DNA of 62,474 nt, the filler included, from Kipferlia bialata (Eukaryota), in assembly GCA_003568945.1 (NCBI GenBank). It is 4 parts of 4 records of this genome, joined end to end, with 100 filler letters (N's around TTAATTAATTAA, not from the genome) between each part and the next. Parts side by side here need not be neighbours in the genome. Positions count along the whole stretch, not along the records: positions 1 to 15,565 come from BDIP01000688.1; positions 15,666 to 31,216 come from BDIP01000689.1; 2 more parts are not named here. One strand, given 5' to 3'. Of this stretch, positions 13,999 through 26,520 are shown one piece after another. How positions within the stretch are numbered: position 1 is the first letter of the stretch; every line of letters starts with the position of its first letter. The position numbers were made by a program, and so were the translations under genes. The notes under the pieces were generated by a model. The model made no database searches. It saw nothing but the letters and a program-made list of their open reading frames with translations, and was not told where the DNA came from.

Positions 13999-14309
13999 GT
14001 GGAAGAAGGCGGCCCGTCATACATCATCCTAAGGGGAGGGGAGTGGAGAGAGGGGGGATGGGGGTATAAAAGCCCCTATTACCCCTAAAGAGATTGTCTA
14101 GGTATGCCTCACCTTGTTGTATGCCGCCCTGCCCTTCTGCACAGATAGTCCATACATATACTAGATAAACACTAGAGATATATACTAGAGAGAGTGCCTA
14201 GTAGTATCCTACCTTGTTATATGCCGCCCTGCCCTTCTGCATGGCCAGGTCCATATATATATAATAAGGTCGTAAGTATATAGATATATTACTAGAGGGT
14301 ATACTATAC

Positions 14310-14820
14310 CTTGTTATATGCCGCCCTGCCCTTCTGCATGGCCAGGTCCCTCTTCTCCCGTCTCCCAGTGTTGGTATCTGCCTGAGAGTCAGATATATAG
14401 CTGCATTATAAGAATTATTAGAACCAAACCACATATACATACCTTCATTGGGAGCTCCCCTCCGTCAAACACAATCACAGGGCGCACCCCGGCTGCCTGT
14501 ATCTTGAGGACAGTGTCCACCACATAGGTGGTGTACTTGTTGGTCCTCTTCCCCATGCACAGGTCAACACAGCACCCGTACGTCCCCTTGTGCAGGAAGC
14601 AGAAGCCATCCACAGCGCAACTCTGGCCCCTGAAGTTGGCTAGAGGCACATCCTGGGGTGAGGCAAGGTGAAGCAGGACAACGGAAGACTAACAGATAGA
14701 GACAGTCCAGTCTCGGTTGGTATAAAGTATGGTGCTCAAATTAGTATAGCACATGCACTCAGAGACCCTTACCTTCCGTATCTGCTTGCCAAACTCCTTG
14801 AGGAGCCCAGTGATACCCAT
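14310..14820 (-). CDS. EXO1: Exonuclease 1 (XPG/RAD2 family), 5' part only
   Basis: Exons 14820-14773, 14652-14443 and 14381-14310 give MGITGLLKEFGK..GQSCAVDGFCFLHKGTYGCC..GVRPVIVFDGGELPMKADTNTGRREKR, the Exo1 XPG-N signature. Downstream exons not found. Confidence 0.88.
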
Positions 14821-15006
14821 CTAGGCACACCCGTCTAAGGAGTAGGCGCACAACACATATGGATCTCCAATCCACAAAAGGGTTCACAACTTTTTGGCAC
14901 GACTTGCTCCACACTGAAATGGATACCTCCTGTCTATAGCGCCAGCGACCGGTGTGTTCACTGTAACCGGCTCGTGCAAGTAGGACCAGAAGGTCATACA
15001 GCTCAC

Positions 15007-15352
15007 ATGCGTTTCCTGTGCGGCCGTTTGGCTGCCGTGTGTGTGTGCGTGGCGTTGGTCGCGACAGTGATATGTACCGATGAGGTGGTGCCTGTGTATA
15101 ACATCCAGAAGGCCAGCACAGCGTCCTCAGCCATACCCCTGGTGGCCGAGGTTGGCGCCCTGTTCTCTAGTACTGCCCTTGGGTGTGTCGCATACGCAGA
15201 CAGGGGCGCTAACGGGATTGCCTTCCAGCTCATATCTGGGTATGAGAGTGTGGAGACTGCTGTGTCCACTGTGCACCCTGCTACAGCCCTGGGGACATTC
15301 CCACAGTCTCTGGCAGCCTCAGTGGGAGACGGAAGTATTCTATACGCAGCAG
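15007..15352 (+). CDS. First exon of a secreted or surface protein (truncated by scaffold end), divergent from EXO1
   Basis: ATG at 15007, signal-peptide-like MRFLCGRLAAVCVCVALVATVIC, GT donor at 15353. Only 186 nt separate it from the EXO1 ATG. Confidence 0.6.
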
Positions 15353-15515
15353 GTGTGACCTCTACCGACCCTAATCTGATCTTGTTACATATTTAGATCA
15401 TATTCACACCGTCGTATGTCAGACGTATTATGACTCTTTTACAAGCTAGAGATGAGTTCTTCCTCCATCTACAGATATCTCTGTTCTCTCTCTCTCCTTC
15501 AATCCCTGTCCACCA

Positions 15516-15565
<50 letters not shown>

Positions 15566-15665
15566 NNNNNNNNNNNNNNNNNNNNNNNNNNNNNNNNNNN
15601 NNNNNNNNNTTAATTAATTAANNNNNNNNNNNNNNNNNNNNNNNNNNNNNNNNNNNNNNNNNNNN
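15566..15665. other. Artificial scaffold linker (N44-TTAATTAATTAA-N44)
   Basis: Exactly 100 nt with a six-frame stop 12-mer. Identical structure at three places, and the flanking scaffolds decrease in length (15565, 15551, 15533, 15525). Confidence 0.97.
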
Positions 15666-15677
15666 ACTCACTCCCAG

Positions 15678-16194
15678 GACCACCTACACTACGGCTGACG
15701 ATGCCTTGTCTGCAGTGAGGACATACTACACGGGTGTCACAATGTGGGAGACAGTCGAGAAGGACATAGCCAGTGTCAAGTTCTCCAGCGTGTATAGCCC
15801 ATCCCATTACTATCTCGACTGTGGTAATGGCTACACCCTGAGGGACAATGGCTTCTCCGGTGTTGGATCTTGGTTGTCCGCTAGTGACGTTGTGGGTCAG
15901 TATGCCGTGGTGGTGTATGATACCCCTACACTTGTGGGTGCCATAGCCACAGCAGGCAGACCATTTGACTTTGATCAGTATGTGACAAGCTACGCGATTG
16001 AGTACTTCGACCCAGCCGTGGACGAGTGGGTATCCGTGGTTGAGAGCAAGGAGTCGTTTGTGGGCAACACAGATATGAACACCATTGTGCTACATACCCT
16101 GTCAGAGCCTGTCGTTGCCGATAGGGTGCGCATCCGTGTGTTGAGTTGGTATGGGCGCATAGCTATGAGGTTGGAGGTATATGGATGGCAGTGA
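15678..16194 (+). CDS. Last exon encoding an F5/8 type C (discoidin) domain
   Basis: Acceptor CTCCCAG at 15677. Sequence GSW...QY...VGAIATAGR...QYVTSYAIEY...W...FVGNTDMNTIV...PVVADRVRIRVLSWYGRIAMRLEVYG is the classic F5/8C pattern. Confidence 0.9.
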
Positions 16195-16682
16195 GTGAAC
16201 AATGTGTCTGTCTCACATGTCAAGCATACATACGTGAATAGAAACTTGAAAGAGGCAGCTGGTATAGAGGGTGTGCGCCGGTCTCAGCCTAGCACCATCA
16301 CGAGGGCTGGTTTACCTACCAAAGTGCCGTCCCCTAGTGTCCAGGTACAGCCCTGGTGGTCAGAAGTCCACTATAGATGGAGGGTCCTCTAAGCGTGTAG
16401 GATGTTGAAGGATTAGTACACACCGTCTTTTCCCTGGTCCCGATGTTGGAGAGAAAGAGAAATGTCAGTGCGATGCGCAGAACTGACACAGAACCCTGTG
16501 TAGAAGTATTGCTGCTAGTATCACGGCTAGCCTATCTTTCTGCTTCTTCACTCAGTTGAAGTGTTACTCAAGTAGAAAGGGTCTAGTGTGTTTTTGATCC
16601 TCCTCCTCAGACACCGTCCTTGACCTCCATATCCAACGGTATAGGGGAACACAGGCCAGTGGGCAGTAGATCTCAGCGAGAT

Positions 16683-17190
16683 ATGGAGGCTGGCCTCAAT
16701 GTGCTGATCATCAAGTGGTCATATGTGTGTGTGACTGTGTTGTGCACCCTGGTACTGGCTGTGCATGGCATTAGTGCATGCCGCAAGAGGCACACCAGGG
16801 AGGGCAAGGGGGGCATCACAGAGGTCACGGCAGCTCTGTTCGAGGTGGGTGAGGGACAGATCCGTTGCTCTACGTGGTGTGTGGGTGACAGTCGTATCTG
16901 ACCTTTTGTATACTATATATATATTTGTCTGCTTACTCTTACTTACCCTCTAGGTGTATGCTCTGTTTGTATTGAGGACCATCCTGTTCACTGTTCCCGG
17001 GGCATCCTGGCTGGCCCTGTTCACAAAGTACCCAGGTGATACTCAGGCGTATCTCTCTCTCTCTCTCTCCTCTGTCATTATCATGCCATATCCAACTACC
17101 CCTTCCTCTCTCTCTCTCTCATGTAATGCTATGTGAAATCCCTTTCTCTTACCCTTGCCCCAGCCATCCAGGGTGGTATTCCCCATCCTG

Positions 17191-17222
<32 letters not shown>

Positions 17223-17405
17223 CAATACCTATCTGTAACCCCTCTCTAATTCTATACTTAAACCTCTCTAACCCCATCAGTCCCCATCCAGGGCATCCTC
17301 CTGTCCCCCCATCACCCCCCCCCATCACCCCTCTCTCTCAGTATAGTCACAGATATCCGCTCTCATTTACCCTTTGACCCCAGCCGTCCAGGGCATCATC
17401 GACAT

Positions 17406-17462
<57 letters not shown>

Positions 17463-18855
17463 GACCTCTTATATATACTTTTGACCTCTTTGACCCCAGC
17501 CGTCCAGGGCATCATCGACCTCTCCCCCGAGGTCATGTTCTTCTCTCTCTTCTGGACCCTGCTGGTCAGGTCGGCCTTTCTGTCCAGGATGGACTTCTCC
17601 CCAGAGGCCGTGAATAAGGTATTGGATTGAAAGTCGTTGTATATAGGTAGTATATATATATATGTGTATATGATATATAGTATATATATATAGTATATTG
17701 ATATTACGATAATCTCAAATCTCTACTCCTACCAGGTCAAGAGGGATGCCCGCCTTGGTGTGGCCGTTGAGACTGTTGGTGCCCTACTCTTTGTTGCTGC
17801 TGCCTCCACCGCACACTACATAGACCCAGAGAGGTTCCCATTCACATACGCAACTGTATTCGACTTCGAAGGTGGGTCAAACAGTGCATATATCCCTCTC
17901 ACTTCCCCTCTTCCCTCGTTACCTCTCTTACATCAGGCATATTCAACATGGTGTCCCTGCTCTGCGTCATTGCAGTCTCGGCAAAGGTATATGTGCTCTA
18001 TACCGTCGATATATACCATCAGTACCGTGTGTAAGTAGTACTGGACAGATATCCTCAATCGTTATGTTTCTCCCTCACCCCCCCCCCTTCCCCTCCCTTA
18101 CCCCTCAGGTCCTCTCCAATACCTCCCCGGCAAAGCTCAGAATACACCCCAGAATGACTAGTCAGATCATATCGGCCCAGTTCTTTAGGTACAACTGTCT
18201 CTCTCTCTCTCTCTCTCTCTCTCCCTTACCCTGTAGGTCCCTTGTCATGGTTCTCTTCAGTCTCTCTCTCTCTCTCTCTCTCTCTCCCCCTCACTCCCTA
18301 GGTCCCTTGTCATGGTTCTCTTCAGTCTCTCTCTCTCTCTCTCCCTCACTCCCTAGATCCCTTGTCATGGTTCTCTTCATTGTCTTCTGCCTCAAGGCCT
18401 GTGTGGTGCTGCTACTCAACGTCCTTCTATACCCAGACCATGTCTCGACAGACGTGTACAGGTGGGTGGGGTGGTTTGCATACTCTTATGCTATGTTAAC
18501 TCAATAGTCTGTTCCACCCTATATATCTGCCGTCTGGGGTCAGTGGTTTACATGTCAAGAGTAACGTGTGTAGTGTCCTAGTCAACTCTCTAACACCCAG
18601 ATACAGCACCCTGGTCTACTTCCTTGTCCTAGAGATAGTCCCATGCTGCTGGGCCATATACAGACTGCTCACGGCTGACAGGTGGGGTCATTCTCATTAT
18701 ACACTTGATGAATGAACGTATGATAGTAATAACAGTGTCTGTGTAGTCAGTGGTGACATAGTATTTGTCTCTTTCTATCCCCCTCACCCAGGTTCTTCAA
18801 GCGTAAGCTGAGGGAGTTCAACTCTGACAGAAGGGGCCTCACTGCATTCGCATAG
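16683..18855 (+). CDS. Multi-exon 7TM-type membrane protein, THH1/TOM1/TOM3 or GPR137-like
   Basis: About nine GT-AG exons join in frame to give roughly seven hydrophobic segments, including FVLRTILF, LSPEVMFFSLFWTLLV and a last helix YFLVLEIVP. Family assignment is from remembered motif similarity. Confidence 0.6.
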
Positions 18856-18857
18856 GA

Positions 18858-18889
<32 letters not shown>

Positions 18890-19159
18890 GATGGAAAGAC
18901 TCACACCGCGGCAGGTGTGCGAGACACTTAGATTTGACTGCTTCATAGCAGAGGTGCTGGTTTGCACAAAGTATTGTATAATAATAGATATGTAGTCACA
19001 GTCCAAGAAGCCCAAACCCAATAATTGGTTAAGTATTTATGCATACGCTATTAGGACAAGGGAACAGGACATGGCTCCACCACTCAGTCCCCCTCGGAAC
19101 AGGAGGGAAGACACCGGGAGACCACTGGAGATTGACTAGAACAAAGGGGGAGAGGGTGA

Positions 19160-20194
19160 TTACTCGCTCTTCTTGCTCTTCTTGGACTTCTTCTTCTCCT
19201 TCTTCTCCTTCTTCTCCTTCTTCTCCTTCTTGACTGGGGGTTAGAGAGAGTGAAACAGAGTATTAGAGAGAGAGTATGCGTACCGCGCTTGGCCTCCTTC
19301 TCTGGGGCCTCGGCTCCCTCCTCAGTCTCAACCTCTCTGGAGCGCTTCTTCTTCTTCTTCTTCTTCTCTCCGTCCTGGGGTTAGATCCAAAAGAGACAAG
19401 TGTGGCACGTAGAGTGTATGTAAAAGTAGGCGTGTTGTGATGCATACCTCGGACTTGTCCTTCTTGCTCTTCTTGGACTTCTTCTTGGACTTCTTCTCTG
19501 GGGGTGAGGGGGTATACACGAAATACATAGACTATATGTAGAGAGAGACATGGACGTACCCTCGCCCTCCTCGATCACGGTCTCCTCAACCACAGTCTCC
19601 TCAACCACAGTCTCCTCAGCCTCCATGGCAACGTCCTCACCGGCAAAGTACTTGCCCTCGCGGGTCACCTGGTTCTGCTCGTTGTAGGCCTGGGGGTGAG
19701 GAATGGAAATATGGTACCATACTCGAAAGAGAGAGAGAGAGAGAGAGTGATGTGCGTACCGTGATGTTGTGGTCGATGGAAGACCTGATCTCCCTGGCCA
19801 CAGTGTTGCCCTCGAGCTCCCTCACCCTCTTCTCGAGCTTGGTGGCAACGTCCTCGGCCACAGTGATGCCCTAGCGGGTTAGAGATACATGTACATAGGG
19901 TGTGCATGCATATATGTGTATGTATATATATATGTAGGTACCTTGTCCACGCTGAATGCATCGACACGGGCACAGATGGCAGCACAGGCACCAAGGGCAC
20001 GGGCAAGCTTACCCTGAAGGTCAGAGACAACACACTTCGAGAGGGACATAAAGAGACAGAGGTACGACCCTGACTTTACATATGTACCTTGTTGTTGGGT
20101 GCGCACTGTCCGAGCATCTTGGCGTGGAAGATGATTCCATACTTCGGGGTGGGGGCCTTCTCCTGCAGGGCACGGAACAGAGCCTGGGGGTAAG

Positions 20195-20230
<36 letters not shown>

Positions 20231-20695
20231 GAGAGAGAATGAAGACACGCACCTTCTCGGCTCCGATGATCTGGATGGTGGATCCGGCGTACTTGGCAAG
20301 GGTGAGGAGGGAGCCGGCGTGGCCGATGAGACGGGCGGTCACGACCTAGGGGTGAGTATATATGTATATATATAGTATATACATATGTACATACATACAC
20401 ACACCTCTCCGATGATGGCTGCCAGGTTGGGTGACACAGCCCTGACCCTGTTGAGGAGGTACTCGTGGAGGTCAGCGTGTGCAGAGCCAAGGGCCAGCAC
20501 CTGCTCGGCAACCTCACCGATACTGGGGGGTCAGACGGGTGTAATAGATAGAGACATAGATAGATAGATACCAGGGTCAGAGGGGTGTAATAGATATATA
20601 TAGAAGTATATTGTGTGTGTGTGTGAAGGTACATACCGGGCCATATCCTCCTCAGTGATAGCGGCACCGATGGAGGCGTTTCCAGACTCGCAGAC
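19160..20695 (-). CDS. NOP58: Nucleolar box C/D snoRNP protein Nop58 (Nop56/58 family), 3' half; 5' part lies in the gap
   Basis: [62 protein letters not shown] (Nop domain) and a KKE-repeat tail ending at TAA 19160-19162. The GQ and LL residues favour Nop58 over Nop56. Confidence 0.88.
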
Positions 20696-21687
20696 CTATG
20701 CGTGAGAGAATGAACCATGAAGGAGTAGAGAGAGAGAGGGTAGTGTCGGAGAGAGGGTAGTGTCGGAGAGTGGAGGGTGTGTGTGTGTGGGGGGGGGGGG
20801 GGGGGGGGGGTTTTTGGATGTGGGGTNNNNNNNNNNNNNNNNNNNNNNNNNNNNNNNNNNNNNNNNNNNNNNNNNNNNNNNNNNNNNNNNNNNNNNNNNN
20901 NNNNNNNNNNNNNNNNNNNNNNNNNNNNNNNNNNNNNNNNNNNNNNNNNNNNNNNNNNNNNNNNNNNNNNNNNNNNNNNNNNNNNNNNNNNNNNNNNNNN
21001 NNNNNNNNNNNNNNNNNNNNNNNNNNNNNNNNNNNNNNNNNNNNNNNNNNNNNNNNNNNNNNNNNNNNNNNNNNNNNNNNNNNNNNNNNNNNNNNNNNNN
21101 NNNNNNNNNNNNNNNNNNNNNNNNNNNNNNNNNNNNNNNNNNNNNNNNNNNNNNNNNNNNNNNNNNNNNNNNNNNNNNNNNNNNNNNNNNNNNNNNNNNN
21201 NNNNNNNNNNNNNNNNNNNNNNNNNNNNNNNNNNNNNNNNNNNNNNNNNNNNNNNNNNNNNNNNNNNNNNNNNNNNNNNNNNNNNNNNNNNNNNNNNNNN
21301 NNNNNNNNNNNNNNNNNNNNNNNNNNNNNNNNNNNNNNNNNNNNNNNNNNNNNNNNNNNNNNNNNNNNNNNNNNNNNNNNNNNNNNNNNNNNNNNNNNNN
21401 NNNNNNNNNNNNNNNNNNNNNNNNNNNNNNNNNNNNNNNNNNNNNNNNNNNNNNNNNNNNNNNNNNNNNNNNNNNNNNNNNNNNNNNNNNNNNNNNNNNN
21501 NNNNNNNNNNNNNNNNNNNNNNNNNNNNNNNNNNNNNNNNNNNNNNNNNNNNNNNNNNNNNNNNNNNNNNNNNNNNNNNNNNNNNNNNNTTTGTTTTGCC
21601 CCTTTTCCCCCCCCCCCCCCCCCCCCCCCCCCAACCTATTTGGTGGTATATCCGTATCCTTTTGTTTCTGCTGTCACTCACGCCCAG

Positions 21688-24600
21688 ACAAGGTCCAGAA
21701 GACACTCTCCCTCAGCGACACCCAGTTTGTTTCCACTCTCTTTGGCAAGGAGTGGCAGCTTGCCCTCAAGGCCCCGCCCCTCCCTCCCAAGCCCACCATC
21801 CACGCCGTGTCCAAGAACCACCCGCTCTACACCAACACCCTCCAGTGCCTGCCCGACGACATGAAGAGCCGGGTCTTTGCTGTACGCACTGGCACTGTCC
21901 CCTCCCGCAAGGGTCTCTACCTCAAGGCCAAGCAGAACCTGGGTGTGGGTGAGCGTGTCCCCATCTACCATGGTACTGCAGAGCCCTGGCGTGCCACCCA
22001 GATCGCACTCAACGGCTTCGACCTCAACCTCAAGCTCAACGGCAGGGCACTCGGGGACGGTGTCTACACGACCTCCGACCCCAACACCGCCAACGGGTAT
22101 GCCAGGGGGAGCGGCTCCATCGTTGTGATGCGGGGCCTCCTCTCCACCGACATCACCCCGGCAAGCAGCGACGTCATCTTCGTCTACACCAAGCCCGAGC
22201 AGCTGTTGTGTGAGGCCATTGTGGACTTCTCAGCCGATACCTCTGGCAGAGAGGCTGCCGCTGATGCCGCCGCTGACGAGGAGGAGGCTGAGGCCCGGGA
22301 GCTTGCTGCGCTGAAGCGTGACATGAAGCAGAGAGAGGCCAGTCACAGGGTCACGATGACTAGGGACTGGAGGCAGATGCTGCAGGGGTATCTCGACAGA
22401 CTGCAGGGGTGGCAGAGGCAGATACCAAAGGGTAACAAGGGGGCAGCGGAGAGGGAGATGCTGGCCCACAAGGTGGAGCTGGAGCAGAAGCAGTTCGAGA
22501 GCCGCCTCCCCATCTACCTCCACAAGGGTGAGGTCGTGCAGCAGCTGAGGGCGAGAGATGTCCTCTTTGTGAGTGCACCCACTGGTACTGGCAAGAGTAC
22601 CCAGCTGCCTCAGTACATAGTGGACGAGGTGTTCCCCAACGACACTCGCCGTGTTGCTGTGCTGCAGCCAAAGCGCGTCAACTGCACCTCTCTCGCTGCC
22701 AGGGTGGCCTCTGAGCGTGGCGGTGTTGTGGGTGAGGAGGTGGGGTACAGCATGGGAGGCGGTGCCGTCTGTACGAGTGAGCAGACCCGCATTGAGTTCA
22801 TCACCCACGGTCTCTTTGCCTGCATGTCCCTCAACGGAGACCTCAGGGCCAAGTACTGTGCTGTCGTGCTGGACGAGGCCCACGAGCGGACCATTGAGGT
22901 CGACATGTCTCTTGCCCTGATCAGACGTGCCCTCAGGGGCGAGGGTCCACGGAAGGACACTTCCAAGGAGCTGTCCTTCAAGGTAGTTGTCTGCAGTGCC
23001 ACTCTGAGTGAGGACACAGTCGACACCCTCAAGGAGTACGTCGACCCCGACTGCACCAGGTCTGCTGTTGTGGAGCTGCCCAGCCACTCCTTCCCTGTCC
23101 ACGTCATGTACAGAGACCAGGCTCTGCTGCAGCAGGACGACAGCACCACCACCCAGGGCAACGTCATGACGTCTGCCGCAGTGGACACCGCCCTCCAGCT
23201 CTTCAAGCAGACAGACCGAGGCAACATCCTGGTGTTCCTGCCAGGTATATAGTATTGGTGTCTTCCACAGTCTCTCTCTCATGTTGTACTAATATTGTTA
23301 AAGAGCGGTGTTCAAATTGTCTCTAACGTCAGGCCACCACCACCTGTCCCTGGCCTTCGACTGCTTCCATCGCTACCTAGAGGGCGAGGCCGGTCACAGT
23401 ATCAACACTCTAGAGCACTCCCTCAGGTTCAACACTGAGAAGAAGGAGACGGTGGGAGTCTTCAAGTTCCACGGACGGCTCTCTGCTACGCAGCGCAACA
23501 TTGTCCTCAACTACGCGGACCACGGCTACGACCGCATCATCGTGTTTGCCACCATCGTTGCCGAGACTGGTATCACCATCCCTGACTGCCGCTACGTTGT
23601 GGACTCTGGACTCGAGCGGACTGTGCGGTGGAACGCAGAGCTGGGCTGCAACGAGATGCGCACGGCCCTAGCCTCCCGCTCCTCCCTCGAGCAGCGCAAG
23701 GGCCGCGCAGGCCGTACTGCATCCGGTGTATGTGTCCGCCTCTACTCCAAGGAGATGTTCGAGGAGGCGCAGCAGGCCCACCCCCCTGGCGTCACTGAGA
23801 AGAACGTCCAGACGGTTCTGCTGCGCCTACTGCACGAGCAGGAGAAGGGCAACGATATCAGGATGCCGGAGGAGATCCCCCAGAGCGCCAGGGAGGAGGC
23901 GACTGGTGTACTGCAGGAGCTAGGTGCTGTGTCGGAGACAGGGGAGGTTACGAGAGAGGGCAAGTTCATGCTCGACCTCGGCGTCGACTTCCGCCTTGCC
24001 TCCTTCCTCCTAGCCTGTGACAACCTAGGGTGTCTGACCAGTGGCAGCATCATCGTTGCCATGGCTACCACCACCGGCACTCTCACCATGCTACCCCTGA
24101 AGCCTGACTCCCGAAACAAGTCCCCGCTCAAGCCACCCCTGGAGGAGTACTTTGACTGCAGTGGCGACCACGTGACCCTGCTCAACATCTTCAAGGGATA
24201 CAAGGCGGCCAAGAGCAAGACCTCCTGGTGCATCGATCACGATGTGCCCCATGACACCATGAAGACAGTCCAGGCCAACCTCGATTCCATTCTGGAGCGA
24301 CTTTCTTCAAGGTATGCATATGTACTATACTCATGTACATATGTCTGCTACTGCTACGTGACAGTGTATGTTCTTGTTGGTCGCACTCCTAACATCCAGG
24401 GGCTGCAGTCTAAAGGATGATCCCGAGAAGACCGCTGAGCACGGTGGCACCCACAGCTGCATCCTGCGCTCCCTCTGCGTTGGGTTCTTCGACCACATTG
24501 GTGTTCTCAAGATCCCCTTCCAGCCTGAGAGTGGCGTCACCCGCCTGCTACCTGCTGCCCAGGTCGGGTCCAAGTGCGAGGCCCTCAACCAGTTCGTGCA

Positions 24601-26171
24601 GGACGTTGGCCCCCGCTGTGCCCAGGCCTCAGCGGTACCCGAGGCCGACGAGGTGCTGGTCCTCGTGGACAGACGCTCCGCCCTGCACAACGCACAGGAG
24701 GCCGCCGACAGGGATGACGCTGACCCTGGCGATGGTAGCATGGTTGTCTTCCACTCCCAGATGATGGTCGACAGTGCCAGGTACCCCAAGGTCCAGCTGG
24801 TCTCCTACATCTCGAGCGAGGACCTCTCTGACATATCACCCGGTATGCGCAAGGAGATTGAGAGGAGCAAGCGCAAGTTCTCTTGTGTTGTGCGGAAGGT
24901 TCCTCTCTCCAAGAAGCAGTGGGATGTGATTCGCAGCCACATGAGTGTGTTCATGTCCCAGCTGAGACGGATGCACCCCAACGCTGGTATCAGCGTCGAT
25001 ACCTCCGACCACCCTAGACGCACTCTAGTGGTGTCAGCCCCAGAGAGTTCCATCGACCACATCATGGATAAGGTAATTCCATTGTGCATTGCATGCATCC
25101 TTACTGTGTGTGTAAGACATCATATCATGTCACTAATGTCAGGTGGAACGCAAGCTAGAGACTGCGGAGACTGAGGATGTGCTGGTAGAGCTGCCTGAGG
25201 GCATGCTGTGCAAGCACATCTCCTCCAAGATGAAGAAGCTCAAGGCAGATCTGGAGGCCCTACTCCAGGAGTCTGACTGCTTGGGTCCCTTCAACGTCTG
25301 CCTGGACTTCAACGCCAACGCCATCAAGATCACTGCCGGAGGAGACGCCAAGTGCCAGCTGGCTCTGCTGATTGGCCGTGTCCACAGCTTCCTTGCCACG
25401 CACTCCAACAGCCACGTCACTCTATCCATGACGGCCGAGGGCAGTGAGGGCCGGGCTATCGTGACAAACCCTCGGTACCGCCAGCTTGCAACCTCAGCCA
25501 CCCCCCAGATAGTGCGAGGGGGCCGCAACAACATGATGCTGTTACTCTCGCACCACCTGATCTGGCAGTGCAAGTGCACAGTGTATGGCGGCATGGTGAG
25601 GGACTGGGTGATCAGGAACGAGGCCGCCAACGACATTGACTGTCTCCTCCCCAACATGAGCATGATGGTCTCAGTCAAGGGCACTATTGAGAGATTTGCA
25701 TCAAGGCTGGGCCTGCACAAGGTGGAGGAGAGGCAGCAGCCAAACAGCTACATGATCAGGTTCGGCGGCACCAGCGGCAAGGATATCCGGGTGGAGCTGG
25801 TCGACCCCCTGCTCCCCACTGCCGCCCCCCACTGCGACTGCTCTGCTGGCAATGTCTGTGTCAACGCCAAGGGCGTCATGGCCAAGAAAGCCCATGCCGG
25901 TGGGAACACAGTCACCCTCGCCGAGTGCATCACGCACATCAAGAAGAAGCAGTTTGTGTGCTTCCTCGACTGGAACGCCCCTCAGAACGCAGGGTCTCTG
26001 CTGGGTAGGGTCAAGGACAAGTACCTCGACCGTGGCTGGTCCCTGTTGAACCAGCTGCCCACTGCTCAGATGCGGCAGCTGCAGAGCCAGGCTGAGTACT
26101 CAAACTGGCATAGAAGGGGGCAGCTGCAGTTTGATCCCAAGTACACAGGCCTCGACTGGTCCAAGATCTAG
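21688..26171 (+). CDS. Fusion protein (>1400 aa, 5' end in gap): PARP-like ADP-ribosyltransferase + DEAH/RHA RNA helicase + possible KH-like region + C-terminal Pol-beta-fold nucleotidyltransferase
   Basis: Exons 21688-23244, 23333-24311, 24400-25072 and 25143-26171 splice in frame. ART motifs: YHGT, LGDGVY, A.GY, IFVY..EQLLCEAIVDF. Helicase motifs: PTGTGKSTQLPQY, QPKRV, LDEAHER, SAT, LVFLPG, AETGITIP, QRKGRAGR, DHVTLLNIF. NTase motifs: VYGGMVRDW..NDIDC..VELVD..CDCSAGN. Confidence 0.9.
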
Positions 26172-26520
26172 TCCCAGTGCCAATTGATACATTAGTCAAT
26201 AGAGTATTACTATACACAATTTGGATGAGTTTTATATCTCAATCACATAACTGATATATATCATTATTGTGTGCTACTCCATTTACTGTTTGATGTGTCT
26301 ATGACACTTGTCTATGACGTGATTGAAGACTGGTTCAGGTGCAGACATCATCAGTGCTCTATATCATTATTCAAAGTCAGCACGCATACCTGCCACTAGT
26401 GTTAATGCACTTTGGATCTGGGGGCCCACATCTCTGGCCAGTCAAGACAGAGCATGCTAATGGTCCTGAATCTCCAGGCGTTGTCATTCTCAGGTTCGGA
26501 CGAAACAGCACAATTAATAA

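Noticed and set aside
15566..15665. Palindromic TTAATTAATTAA within Ns (three times) as a biological motif
   Set aside because: It is a fixed 100-nt artificial linker between size-sorted scaffolds.
15007..16194. Signal-peptide exon and F5/8C exon as one secreted discoidin gene
   Set aside because: They lie on different scaffolds separated by an artificial linker.
19160..20695. Intron-encoded snoRNAs in NOP58
   Set aside because: The visible introns are short and microsatellite-rich, with no convincing C/D box pair and terminal stem.
19879..21952. Long ORFs composed of X
   Set aside because: Artefacts of translating N gaps; the same applies to 34646-35843.
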